DNA of 64,000 nucleotides from Paramecium tetraurelia (Eukaryota), in assembly GCA_000165425.1 (NCBI GenBank), contig CT868330.1:248001-312000 (forward strand), in the 5' to 3' direction. The notes beneath the pieces were generated by a model, which did no database searches, was not told the DNA's origin, and saw nothing but the letters and a program-made list of their open reading frames with translations. Position numbers and translations under genes: made by a program. Positions 13,116 through 26,605 of the stretch are shown piece by piece (position 1 is the first letter of the stretch; the number at the start of each line of letters is the position of its first letter).

Positions 13116-14411
13116 ATGTCAAACTTATCTCGGAGCAGTCAATCATCAAGAAGTTCTTCTCAAAAACCTAATACAAAAAGACCTTAGAGAGACAAAAGAA
13201 AGAAGAATAACTCTGATGAATATGACAGTCCCATTGAAGATGAAGATGTATCTTAATATGAGGGTATCTAATTTCAATTCATTTTAGGCATCAGATCCAA
13301 AAATAAACAACAACCCTTATTGGGTCCTGGTAGATTTAACAGAAGAGAAAATAAACTCAAAAAACCAAATTCTGTCTCTGCACCAGCGGCAACATCATTT
13401 CTATACAAACCGGGAGCAGAATTACCCAATCTATCCAATTTCATCAATTAGACTATAGAAATTCGAATTGCTTGTGAATATATCAACAAATACAACCAAG
13501 CTTTAATACTTCGATAGATTTGGGGATCCAATGGTGTCTATGCTAGTCACAGTGATGCAGTCTGTATTGGCATACATGCAGGTCTCTTGGCTCTTGGAGA
13601 TCTCAAATTAACAGGGACCTTCTATTAAGGAGTTAGTCTATCCTGCAAAGTCATTAAAGGCAAAAAATCATTAAATGGTTAATTAAAAGTGCCTATCCTA
13701 TCAAGATCTCTTAAAACTCCTTGTGCTCATTGTTTGAAACCCGAGAAAGTGAATTGGTTGCCCCAATTGGGATCTCCTGAATAATTGATAAGTTGGGCAA
13801 GAAAAATGTCTTTGCCTCCCAATAGAAGACTGACCAAAAGAACTCATCTAAACGTATTCTTACATGAACCTCCTTAAACCAGTCTTCCAGAAAATCTGCT
13901 AGTTAATAATTTACCTCCTTTAAATGAAGGCTGGATTGTATGGGATATGTGCAATGAACCTAGTTAGAAATACAATCTACTTACATTCTTAGATAGACAA
14001 ACAGCCTAAGGAATTCCTAGTAGAACTTCATATAAACTAAAAACCAACTGTCTATACATTGAAACTAGCATTAAGAAGTTTAGAATCAAATTTATTCATT
14101 AGATTTGAGATTTCAATGGATCCCAATAAAATTGCTGATGAAGTCTTTTTAGATTCATAAGTTTTTATGGTCTCTGAAATTATAGTACCTTAACAATCAG
14201 ATATTGAGATGTTATAAAAATATGGAGTAAATCAATTGATCTAATTAGTTAGGTTCCATTGCCTAAAGAATTTAAGAAATTAACCTTTGAAAAATTGAAA
14301 TGGACCAATTTTGAATGGGGGAATGATAATGTCGTTATTGATGGACAAATGACAATCCAAGGTTTGAAGAGCTTTAAATTTGTACCAATTACAAAGCATT
14401 AACATTTATGA
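13116..14411 (+). CDS. Rxt3-like histone deacetylase complex subunit
   Basis: FINQTIEIRIACEYI...RQIWGSNGVYASHSDAVCIGIHAG matches the Rxt3 pattern LWGTDIYTDDSD..AVLMHTG. An apparent +1 indel near 14104 gives a TGA in the upstream frame. Confidence 0.7.
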
Positions 14412-14433
14412 TTAATCATCCTATTATATAAAA

Positions 14434-15948
14434 ATGTTAAAATTACATTAACAATTAATACATTGTCCTTAACATAAGGAGAAAATAATATCATTCAATA
14501 TTGAAAAACATTGTCCTCTCAATCAAAGAGTGCTTTGCAAAAAGTGTCCAGCAGATGGATTAAAATTGGATATCGAGCAAGTGGAAACCTTGCCTCAAAG
14601 ACATTAATTAAATGAAAAACATTTACAAACCACATCTCAATTCATTTAGCACATCAATCATCAATATAATACAATCAAACAATAAATCATTGAAGAATTG
14701 GAGCATTTTAAAAGGGAACTAGACGATTTTATGCATCCAATAATAAATTAAAAAGAAAAATTCGATTATTATTTGGTACCTGAATCAACATTATCCTTAA
14801 AAGATTTTTAAGAATTAGGATAACTATTAGCTGAGAATATAGTGATTGAAGAGGATCAATTTGTTCTTGACTTTAATAAAATAGTAACTCAAAATCATAG
14901 ATAATATATACAATAGAAATTCACTGATTTGGAACTGCTATTATAATTGTTCAGAAATATTAATTGCAATAAATAAATAGAGAATCAAATCTAAAAGAGC
15001 ATTCAATAATAATATGAGCATAATCATTAACATGCTAAATTATCAAAGCATTCCTGTCAGATCTTGTAAACAAATTAAAATATCTTGTCTTTTGGAATTA
15101 ATCATGATGAATCTATACTAGTTATTGGTTTATAGGACAAAGCAGAGACTATGTAAGATAACCTAGTTGTGTATTAAAAAAATGACAAAGGAAATTGGGA
15201 ATTGGAATAAATTTTATAACATCATAATTCCTCTGTTCATCACATTTATTATAGTAAGAAGGATGATTGGTTCATATCTGTAAGTATGGACAGTAATATA
15301 GTATTTTGGCGAAAACAATAGAATACTTGGGTTCAGAATAAGTTGAAATAAGAACATTTAAATTTCATTTGGAATATAATCACAAGCGAGTTGGAGAATA
15401 TTATAGTAACATGCAGTGAAGATTCTACTGTTAAGATATGGTTTAAACACGAAGATTCAATTAAATGCATTCAGACGCTTAATCGACACGTAGGACCAGT
15501 ATATGCAATAGTGTTAAATAATGATAATACGGTGTTGTGTAGTGGAGGAGAAGATAAGTAATTGATTTTATGGAAGTATTTCGAATAATAATGGGAGGAG
15601 TTTTAAGTGATAAATGTTCATTCAAAGAAAATTATGGCTATTTAATTTTATGGTCTAAAGAATCTAATTGTTTAATTTGAAAATTACATCTAAATCATAG
15701 ATAGAAAAAGTGGTTAATGCATAGAATAGGTAAATCATAATGAATATAGGATATCTAATTTGATAAATTTTAATGAATCATTGATAAATTATGATTTTAA
15801 TGGAAACATATTAATATGGATGAAAAAGGATAATAGATGGTACATTGTTCTAAAGTAAACCTATGCACACAAGATCAAATATGTGTATGGAAGGGGAAAT
15901 GAATTATATGTTGGGGAAGGTAACAAAGTCCATAGAATATAAATATGA
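14434..15948 (+). CDS. WD40-repeat protein with N-terminal Cys/His Zn-finger-like motif and coiled coil
   Basis: CPQHKE...HC...LCKKC N-terminus; WD repeats ISVSMDSNIVFW, VTCSEDSTVKIW, HVGPVYAI...CSGGEDKQLILW. Confidence 0.8.
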
Positions 15949-16632
15949 AAATAAATAAAATAAATTATGAAAGAATCGATCAAATTATTGAAATATAATA
16001 TAATTTTAATAATTAAGTTAATTTCTAAAATGCTAAATGATCATTTCATGGATTCTAACTAATATGATTATACATATTCAAATTGAATGACATTGGAAAA
16101 GGACTAAGTAAAGTTAAATTAGAGCATTTACTCCAATTTGCCATGTTTTATTCAATAACTATTAATTACAACTATAATTGAAGCTATCAAACTCATACTT
16201 TTGGATCTGTATAAAGAGTTGTTTTATTCTAAATAATATACCAATAAAAACAGAAACTGGGGTAAATTACTAAAAAGTAGATTAAACAATTGACAATTGA
16301 TTAATTTATATAAATTTGAAATTGAATGAGAAATAGAAATAGAAAGATTCAAGTTCAAATTAGTTGGAACACATAATTTGTATTCTTAATAGGCGAATAT
16401 TTAATAATCAGTGAAGATTTAAAAATAAATAAGAAAGAGAATAGGTTGTCAAAAAAGAAAAAACCAATTATTTTAAAATTGTTTTGATAAAAGGATGTCT
16501 TGGATCAGACATGCTTCGAGAAAGCATTGTGAAGTGTTTAATTAATAATATATTTTGCTTTAGTAGAACAGAGTATATTAATGATAAAAAGAACAACGAG
16601 ATTGATGTGTAAATTAATAAATATATTTTAAT

Positions 16633-18686
16633 ATGAATGTTAATTTAATCTGTCCTTAACACAAATAACAAGTTATCCAAGCTTGCATCGATTTAGATTG
16701 CTCTGTATTCCCTTTTATGTGTAAAGTGTGTATGACAGACTAAAAAACTATTTCTTAACATACAAAACACAATCAATGTTTGATACCCTACCAGTAATAC
16801 GTAACATTGGTAAGTAAATAAATAGAAGATTAACTTCATGATGCCAATAAATTCATTGATCTCTTCAACAAAGAATCTCAAGTTGTCTAACAAATATTAT
16901 TATCAGACGAGCATTTGAATAATATGGAAGGATATGTAAGATCTTAAAAGCAATAAATTGAATCTGATGTCAATTAAGCCTTAGAATCCATCACATAACT
17001 GTTTGATTTACATAAAACAGAACTGATTAAAAAGTTAGATCAATATCTTAAAATATACGAAAACAACTTTTTTATACTTAAAGAATAATTAGAACCCATA
17101 CATTTCCTTCTGACAAAATGTAAATATTATTCAAATGAAAATAACTTAAAAGTAAGGATAATCACTATTATAGTAAAAACTTCATACTAAACCTGATTTA
17201 GGATCATAACTCAAGTTGTCAATCAAATAAATGTCGATTATTAAAAAACCTGATAATTTAAAACAAATTCTTGATAAAGTAAAAAAGGCTTAAGAATTGT
17301 AATATAACAATGAGAATTTTAATAAATTATTGACTGATGCAAAGAATTCAATCAACGACTTCTATATCAAAAATGTCAGTATTCCCAATCAAACATAAAT
17401 TGAAATATAGCAACAAACAAACATGCAGCCTACTGTTCAAACATTATCATCTCCTCCAATTAAAAGCAAATTAATGGATATATCAAATGCCGATAAAGCA
17501 ACAATGTTAGATGATAATAAGACTGTGATTTCTGCAGTAGATTCTAAGATCTCAGTTGTTAGTTAATTATAAACATAGGTCATTCCTAATATTAATGTCT
17601 TAATATTGGATAATAGAATTATTGAAGATACTAATTAATCTAAGGTAATGTTAATCTTACATATCTAGAATCAATCAAATCAAAGATTCAAAATTAAGAA
17701 AAAGTTAAGTATTGAATTCCAAGTGACTTCATTGGCTCTCGTTAGCAATGTCTCAGTAGCATTAGGATTGGCTGATGGAACAGTTAAATTATTAGATATG
17801 ACAACTAGCAAAGTTAGCTTTTACCCTAATACCTATATTCAACATACCAAACCTGTCTCTCAACTATTGATCTTGAAATAAAATAAGGGAACAAGATTGG
17901 CATCCTTAAGTGAAGAAAACTATGCCATTATTTGGACTTTGGGAGAAAATTATGTGCCTTATCCAGAAAGAAAGCTAATTGGATTCAAATCCAAATTGAA
18001 TAGAATTATGGATGTAGCAGATTCTTCTCACCTTATTTGTTAGAGTGATACGAATCTATAAATCATCAATTATCATGATAACAGAATCGCCTATTCTTTT
18101 GAATTTAAAACCAAACTCATTGATTTCCTTTATGTAAGTAAATACGAAAAATTTGCAACAATATGTTAAGGAAATATAGTTTCTATATACAGTTTAAAAA
18201 TGAATAACAATTTATAAGGAGCAATGTTATTAGTTAATTGTGAGTTAGAATATACTCAATCAGCCCTTCCAATCTCAAATATCAGCTCATGCATAGCCAC
18301 AGAATACTTGAATGACATAATCATCTGCTATGGGTGTACTGATGGATCAGTCAAATTGTTTAATGTTATTAAAAATATCTTAATTGCTGAATATTAGGTA
18401 ATATATTGATACATATTTTAAGTTATTTAATTCTAAAATACAAGAGATGATAATTGTTAAGCAGAATAAGCATTTTATATTAGTGGCCTTTGGTGAAAGT
18501 GTAAAATAGATAAAAGGCATTATGATTTAAGAGAACAAAATAAATCCAATAGAAATGATTGGCGAATTGCTTGAATATCCAGCTAAATCAGGAAAAAATG
18601 TTATTTAAACATTTTTCAAAAATAGAAGTTCATTTTATTTACTAAGTGATTCCTAAAAAGATATTGGATTATATGAATTATGCTGA
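16633..18686 (+). CDS. Zn-finger / coiled-coil / degenerate WD40 protein
   Basis: CPQHKQQVIQACIDLDC...MCKVC N-terminus; ALGLADGTVKLLD, HTKPVSQL, YGCTDGSVKLFN; tiny introns. Confidence 0.65.
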
Positions 18687-19341
18687 AATAACAATAGTAT
18701 AGTATTTAAATTATTAACTAATCTTGACGTTAAATGGCCATTATTATTAATTTTTAGAATATTTATGCTCATAAAGCAAAATATAACATTTAATATGTTC
18801 AATTCTATTTTCTATTGACTAAAATTTAATTTGTAAAAGCAATAAGAGTTTTTTACAGAATTTTGTCTAATTTTATGATCACTTTTGTGTCCATAGTAGT
18901 TATCATGACATTAAATTAATATTTATTTTATTTTAGGCAATAATAATAATTTCAATAATTTTATATTTTAATATGTAATGCAATTAAGTTCACATAAGGT
19001 TTGAATTAATAATCTTGATAAAAAAATCAAAGTAATTCTTCTATTGATAATTAATTATATTATTTTAATTTGATTAGCAAGTCATAAATTTCTTAAACTA
19101 AGTTGATAAAATACGATTATCTTGAGTTTAATTGAACGTCTTAGATTCCCATATTCATACTACATAGTTAATTACATTCATTTATAAGTAGTTCAAAGAT
19201 AAGTATAGATATGATTTAAGATTTATTATTTGATTTCGCAATAAACTTATAAAATTATGCAATAAATAAATTATATTTTTGATGATGAATCTATTCTGCA
19301 TTATGATACTCCTTCTTTTAAACGTAGAATTAAAGGCTGAT

Positions 19342-21627
19342 ATGTACGATGAGAGCAAAATATTTAACTGTTAAGAAGACAGTTATGGTGAATAATTTCT
19401 AATAAACTATTAAAAGCTTAAACTGTTTCCAATCGATTGTTGGACCTTTGTATTACTATGTATAAGTTGAATGATCATTCAAAGCCCCTATTACATTTTC
19501 GATTTCCGTCCGAATTATCTATGAGTTCCTTAAAGATTTAACACTTTTCGGAGGTCCTGGAGATGTAATCTTTGTGATAACATTAACGAATGGAATTCAA
19601 TCATTAACTCAGTTTTCTACAGCATTGTATGTATTAATAGAGGATTCAGCTCCAGTCAAATTATTCTGTGATGTAATTATGAACATAAATTAGATTACAG
19701 GGATAACAACATCGATTGTATTTGTAATTTCGAATATAAACATTTTTATATTCTCTGCTTACCCTCTTGCTTTAGTTTATAATACATTGGAGAAAACTGT
19801 TAAATTTATCAGAATATTCAATTACACTCTGACAGCTCTTATAATTATCTTAGTTATATTGGGGTTTCTGTTTAATGACAATATAATTTCAATTACGTTA
19901 AATGGGTATTAATAATTTGATAATTTTTAGTATGTGTGCAATTTCAGCTACTCATTAATCCTTTTGGGATTATATTATAGCCTCATTTTATTTGTTTGTT
20001 TTCCTTTTATTTGCAACAATGTCAATAATTTACGTTTTTACATTCAAAAGGTTAGTTCCTAAAATGTCATCAATTAAAGAATTAAGAGGCAAATATTTGA
20101 GATATTATTAAAAATTCATTATATTTAGCCTTGTAATGAAATTTTTTCTTGGAATTTTCAGTGGAATTAATTTACTCAATTGTTATATCTTTTTGAAGGC
20201 CTATCTTTTACCTTCTGAAACATGTGACAACGTTACATAAGCACTTTGTATTTTAGGCTAGGTTATTATTATCACAAAAGATCCACTACTAATACCTAAA
20301 TTTCATCATTAAGAATCTTCTGAGAACTTGCAAGATTTAGATTCACCAAATGACACAAAACCTGAGATTGCTATGTAATGTAAAGAATTTTATTTTGATT
20401 ATTTTAGAATTTAACCTTTTAGAATAGTTGTAAAAAGAAATGAAAAAAACTCAAATGATTTCCATGTTAGCTGGGATTTAGATGTTAATAAAATAGAATT
20501 AAGAAAATACAATATTATATAAGGATCTAGAAATTATTGATGATTAAGATGATGGTGAAGGAACATGCTCTGGAGATTTAAGTGAATTAATTGAGGTCTC
20601 CCTAAAACCATTTACTCCTCAAGAGATAGAATAATGTTGGGTTGTCAATTTGAATAATGATCTAATAAAATCCTAATTTCATGATACCCTAAATATTTAA
20701 GTGTTTTAAACAAGATGTATTTTATACGCTCCAAAGATATTTAACTATTTTCTGACATTAGATAATGTTGATCTAGAGGATTCTTTTGATGTTAATAAGA
20801 ACTTATAGAATATTGAATAATTCACAGGTCCAGATGGTGGAAAAAGTGGTGAATTTTTTTTCTTCTCTCACAATAATGAATTGATTATTAAAACAATGAG
20901 ATAAGCTGAAGTAAATACTTACAAAAAGCGTTTATTAAACTTTGCTACTTATTAAGCAAATAATCCAGAATCTTTATTAAATAAGATATATGGAATGTAT
21001 ACGTTTGAAAGAGTTGAAAAATCTGAAGCAAAGATACACTTTTTAATAATGAAGAATCTATCTTTAGGCATCCCAAGGAATTACATATTAAGAATCTATG
21101 ATTTAAAAGGGTCTGAATATGATCGTGAAGTTCTTGCTAAAAGATCTGAAACTGATTTATCGAAATTGACTCTTAAGGATTTAGATTTTTTCAAAATAGA
21201 ACAATAAATTTGGGTAGAATAATCAATTATGTAAAGTAATATAGTTAAATAAATCTAGAATTAAATTAGAATTTAATTAAGGACTCTGATTTCCTAGAAA
21301 AATAACATCTAATTGATTATTCTTTGTTGGTTATGAAGATAGATTGGAAAGATCAATAATAATTGTTGTATAAACATTAGGGCAACCAATAAATCAATGT
21401 GAATCCTTCAATTAAAGAATAAAATGTAAATTGTATAATATTATTAGATTTATTATCATATTGGTATTATTGATTATTTATAATAATGGAATGTGAATAA
21501 ATCTCTTGAAAGAAAAACAAAAAAGATTATTAAAATGAATTTATAATTAGATACCTCTGCATAAGAACCAAATAGATATGGGAAAAGATTTAAACAAAAA
21601 TTGGTAAACAGAATCTTACCATTATGA
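19342..21627 (+). CDS. 7TM (GPCR-like) - phosphatidylinositol phosphate kinase fusion protein (GPCR-PIPK)
   Basis: About 7 hydrophobic segments at 19440-20280 with Cys before TM3 (LFCD) and in ECL2 (GMCA). In-frame linker containing MLAGI, then PIPK motifs GGKSGEFFFF, IIKT, LLNKIYGMY, MKNL, YDLKGS, LKDLDF, IDYSLL, GIIDYLQ. Confidence 0.85.
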
Positions 21628-21760
21628 TTAATAGCATCATACAAGATTGTTATTTATCTTTAATATACAAATATCTTGTTTAATTACCCCTCATTTTCTC
21701 CATTAAATAAACCAATAATTATTTATTTATTTTTATTAATATATATTCAGAATTATTTTA

Positions 21761-22426
21761 ATGGAATTTTTGCAAAAAATAATGATGATACCTCAAAATA
21801 TCATTAATACTCTCAAGACTATGAAATCCTAAACCAATAAGGTTGATAATATTTTTATAGAGCCTCTTGCTTTCTGCTAAGAGTCGATAGTAGAAACAGT
21901 TCATCTTAAAGAATTTGATCAAATAAATAAAAGAAGAAAATTAACTATGAACTAAGAAACTTAAACAGAACCATAACAGAAATTTGAATAAATAATAAGT
22001 ATTAATTAGATACCAGAAAGTGTTTCATAATAGAAAAGCAGACTTAGATTAGTCCCTTCCAAATCAAATAAAAAATACACTAAATTACTTACCAAATAGA
22101 TTGTCAAAGATGAAAGTTTAAGTAGAGAATCTGATTAAACAGAACCATCATAATACTCATATTGTCATAATAATTTTTTGGCAGCTATGGACAGGAATGA
22201 AGAGGAATACAAGCCCTAACAAAAAAAAATATACCAAATAAATGGAAAAAATTAAAATTAATATCGAAACCAAATACGCAAAAATTACTTAAGTTAATTT
22301 AAAGAAAAATTCACTGATGAGAAATTAATTTTAAAGTCCACGAGAACTCAATCCTCAGATGAAAAACAAGATAGCATAGATTAAAAAGAATTAGAAAACA
22401 ACCAATAATAACAAGCACTGGTTTGA
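21761..22426 (+). CDS. Hypothetical low-complexity (Q/K/E-rich) protein
   Basis: ATG at 21761, one candidate tiny intron, open to TGA at 22424-22426. Confidence 0.45.
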
Positions 22427-22691
22427 TGATATATTCAATTTTGAAAATTTAATATTTCTATATCTTCGAAGACATACTGATTGATATCAAATTTTATTCT
22501 TTGTTCGCGAATACAATTTAAGAGCGGGATTTTATTTTTCATAAAAGAAGAAGGAACACAATAATTATTGTCACAAATTTAATTAAATCAAATTATAAAA
22601 TTAGAAAATATCACAATCTCTATGACTTTAAATTATTATGATTTCCATATGATAAACTTATACTATTTTTCAATTCATAATTATTAATAAT

Positions 22692-25145
22692 ATGATGTAG
22701 CCAAAAAGAAGTATTAATGATCTTCTAGCGGAATATTCAAAAGAATTGGGTGAAGATTTCGATGATGGAGACTCTTAAGTAAATGAAGGAAATGCTTTCG
22801 ATGATGATCCAGAAATGAGAAAACTTTAATAATAATTGTAAGAGTATATATTCTATTCTTGAAATATCGATGTTGGCAAAGCAAACAACCAAATTGAAAA
22901 AGCTGCTAAATCAACTGACCTCTATGATTAAATGCTTTCACAATACGAAAATCCCTAGAACTAAAATGCTCCATAAAAGTCAAATTAGACATAGAATCCA
23001 TAATAATAATAAGGGCCAGCAAAAAATAAAAAGGGAGGCATAGATCTCCAAGAATTAGAAAATCAATTGACCATTCCATCCAACTTAAAGTCTATGAGCG
23101 TAATTAAATTCGACATTGGGTACATTAATTAGAACATTTTACCAAACTTTAAAAAAAATCCTGAATTGACTAATTTCTATAAAAATCTAGTAATTGATAT
23201 TATTGTAATATATAGGTATCCGAATTGTAAAAGTAACTTACTACGATTGTTTAATAAATTAAAGATGAGAAGATTTAAGAAAATCAATATATAAAAATGG
23301 TGAATGATACATTTCAATAGGAGTAAATTAAGTTTAAGACTGCTGCACCAGCTATGAAAAATAGAATAGGTCTCAGATGCAAAACATTGAATTAAGAATT
23401 AGAAAATTTGAAGAAAAATTTATTTGGCAAAATTTGTTAAGAATTTGGTTGCGGTCCTGATTTGACATAGAAATTTTTGTTTGAAGAATTCTAAGAAAAG
23501 CCGTATAAAGAAAAAGCAAAGGAATTACTTATTAGACATAAAGAATATTTAAATTTAACATAATATTTAAGTATTCATATGAAAGATGAAAAAAGAGACT
23601 TGATAGAATTCTTGATTGGAAAATTAGAAAAAAGCAAAGCAATTTAAAATGATTTGAAAGAAGGCAAAAATGTTGATTTTTCAAAATTCTTCATTACTGA
23701 ATTTAAAGATATAACTGAGGATTAATTTCTTGGGATTCCTAAGATAGAATATTAGGCAAAGATTTAAAATATGTTGGATTAAGTGAATTAAGCTTTGAAA
23801 GAGGAATAACTATATTATAAAGTTGCTTCACTTGCTAAACCTATTATTTAAGTCATTCCTGGTACTAAATAAATGCAGAAAGTTAGTCCAGCTGATATAT
23901 GCAAGCAATATTTTGCCAGATATGAAGAATTATAGAAATATTTATCAGGTTAAAAAAATGAAAGTTGGACTCCTTTACCAATTTTTAAAATGGAATTAGA
24001 AAATAGAGATGTGTCAACTGTAAATAAAGATGTTCCAAATGGCACATTAAGAATTCAATTTAAAAATTTTGTTAATGGAGATAAAATGCTATTATAATAC
24101 GAACTTACAATAGGAAAGTAAACTATTATTCAATAAAAATTAGTTAACCTTATTAAGGTAAAACTGAGTAAGCTGACAGTACTGGAAGATTAGGTTACGT
24201 TTAAGATATCAATCTTAAGGACTTCAAGAATGGCACAAAAGAGATTCATTTAAGCGCAATTGAAATTAAACTATTTAAAAAAGGATGGATATCAAATGAC
24301 TTAAAAGGATAAGGAAAAATTTAATTAAATGATTTACTCGATATGTCTACAATAGAAGGAGATCTACTTTTAAATGAGAAGACAGTATTACAATATTGTA
24401 TCTTGTTGAGAGAATCATTAAATAAGAAAAAAAGTGTAACAACAGCATAAATACTTAAAACATACCCAAAATTTGATAAAAAAAATGGTTTGGATTAATA
24501 CTTAGAATAAAAATTAAAAGAAATACCAAATGAACCAGTTCCTTAGCAGTAGCAAAAGTAAGAAATTTAGTAACCATAATAATAATTATAATAACAGTAA
24601 TAATAACAATAATAATAATAATAATAAGTTGAGGAAGATGAAGGCTGTTAAGGTCCATAATTATAACCAGATTAATTAATTGTATTTAGTATTAATTTAA
24701 TTAGCTTCTAAATCATTAAGAGGACGATGAATAATATTAAAATGTTAAAAAGCTTGGAGAAAAAATGCCATAGTTATAAGAAGATTTGTTGAACCCAGAA
24801 AATCCATTAAAAGGAAGTGTTTATTATTTTTTAGTGTAATATGCACCTTTTTTACAAAATAAGACAGTTGAATTAAAACAAGACCCCTCTTAGAGGTTAT
24901 AATAAAGATTTGTTTAAAAATTATGGGAGGATTGTTATAGATAATAAAATAAATTAAAAAATAAATTAATAAATGATATGGAGGGCTATTTTAGCGATTT
25001 ATAAAAGATTATAAAAAAGGATCAGCTTATGATAAAACTATACAAGCAGGCTTAAGCACCAAGTTGGTCTAAGTTCTTAGAAGGAAGACTAGAAATAGCA
25101 TTACAAGAAGAGAAAGCAATTTAAGAATAATTATCAGCAGAATGA
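22692..25145 (+). CDS. CC2D1/Lgd-like coiled-coil and C2 domain protein
   Basis: PLPIFKMELENRDVSTVNKDVPNGTLRIQF...AIEIKLFKKGWISNDLKGQGKIQLNDL...ILLRESL resembles the CC2D1 C2 region; helical tail MEGYFSDLQKII...VLRRRLEIALQEE. In-frame TGA at 22860 (see findings). Confidence 0.6.
24579..24627 (+). repeat. (TAA/CAA/CAG)n trinucleotide tract encoding poly-Gln inside the CC2D1-like gene
   Basis: taataataattataataacagtaataataacaataataataataataataa, in frame with the coding sequence. Confidence 0.7.
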
Positions 25146-25173
25146 TGTATAAATTTAAATCTATATATTGATA

Positions 25174-26605
25174 TCATAATTATGTAAATGAAATAATATC
25201 TTACATATGTCTAGCTATGCAATAATGCTTAGCATCTTGATATTTAGAAATAAATTCTTTAAGTGACCCTCCTTATTTTAATCTATTAAGAGTTTATCTA
25301 GTTTCTTCAATTCCAATAGTTTCAACACATTATTCCATTTTTAGTTTGATTAAATTATTTATAGCATTTTATGGTTTGGTAGGAGCATCCAAATATTGAG
25401 GTTTTTAGATGAAGTCAATGAATTAAGGTTTCGGTTTTGGAGAAAGCAATTTTCGATTAGTGAATGAGGGGAAATTTTATCTACTGAATGTATTACTTCT
25501 AATAATAGTATTAGATTAAGTTCCTTTAGTTTATTAAGATATTGGTCTAACAGTAAGTGTTTCATTTAATGTTTATTAATTCAGCTTAGGTATAATTAGA
25601 TTACTTCTATTTTTAGATTCTATGTTAATAGTTTTATTGTTGTTTGGTTTATCTTATTAAATAATTTGCTAATCATTTCCATTTGAATTGGGTTCTTTAG
25701 CTTCTAAATCTAAATTATCAGTAAAAACACTCTTCCTGTTCTATTTCTGCTACTTACTATTACACCAAAACTCAAAAGTGTCTTATTATTCATAGGTAAA
25801 AGTGAAATGCTTTTACTTTAATAATATTTTGAAGTTTTCATTGTGTACTAATTCTCGAATATCAAATCTACCAGTTTCTTGAAGATCAAGGCAAGTTGTG
25901 ATTATGAATCGAAGCTCCTTGGAATACATCGAGGGAATCTTTACAATTCTTAAATGATAATTTCAATTACGCTCCTCCGTTAAGAATAACTGCTTTGATT
26001 TGCTCTATTATCTCAGACTTAAATAATTGTCTCTGTGTAGTCAATTCATATAACACAAGACCAAATTGATACATCATAGATTTGTAAGTAAAATTATTCT
26101 GAAATAACAATTCTGGAGGCCTGTAACTAGGTTTTTGATGCTATATTAAGTTATCAATTCCAAAATCACAAATCCTAACTTATTCCTAATGTATCAATAT
26201 ATTTTCAGGGTTCAAACCTTTATAACATATCTTATTCTCTCTCAAGTATATCAGAACAAACATGATTTGTATAAGAATTTTACAAATCACTCTTTCTGAA
26301 ATGAAACTTCCGAGATGCTCACTTATGAACTATTTTAAATTTCCTTAATCTGCATATTCCATTATTATTATTACATTATCATCTAATCTAAATACTTCTT
26401 TTAGTTTGATAACAAAAGGTATTTAGCATTTCTTCATTATTTATATTTCACTTAAAGCTAAATATCAATTTAATCTGATACCTTAGTTATAGAATCCGAC
26501 AAACTCTTTCATTGCGTATGTGTTGTTATCCTTTATATTTCTAACTTTATGAATTATTGTAGACTTTGATTCATAAATTTTCTCTAAAATTTAGTAATTC
26601 TGCAT
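25174..26605 (-). CDS. NEK/NIMA-like protein kinase-fold protein, probable pseudokinase
   Basis: YAMKE, IIMEYADQGNL, ICYKGLNPENIL (HRD replaced), RICDFG, YRPPEL; no Gly-rich loop. Confidence 0.75.

Noticed and set aside
16030..16560. Possible gene between the two WD40 genes (similarly 40463-41300 and 43780-44400)
   Set aside because: Coding-like patches are present, but TGAs interrupt the frames I tried and no consistent spliced model emerged.
24455..24658. ORF-track peptide with poly-Ile on the minus strand
   Set aside because: Antisense shadow of the TAA-encoded poly-Gln tract of the plus-strand gene.
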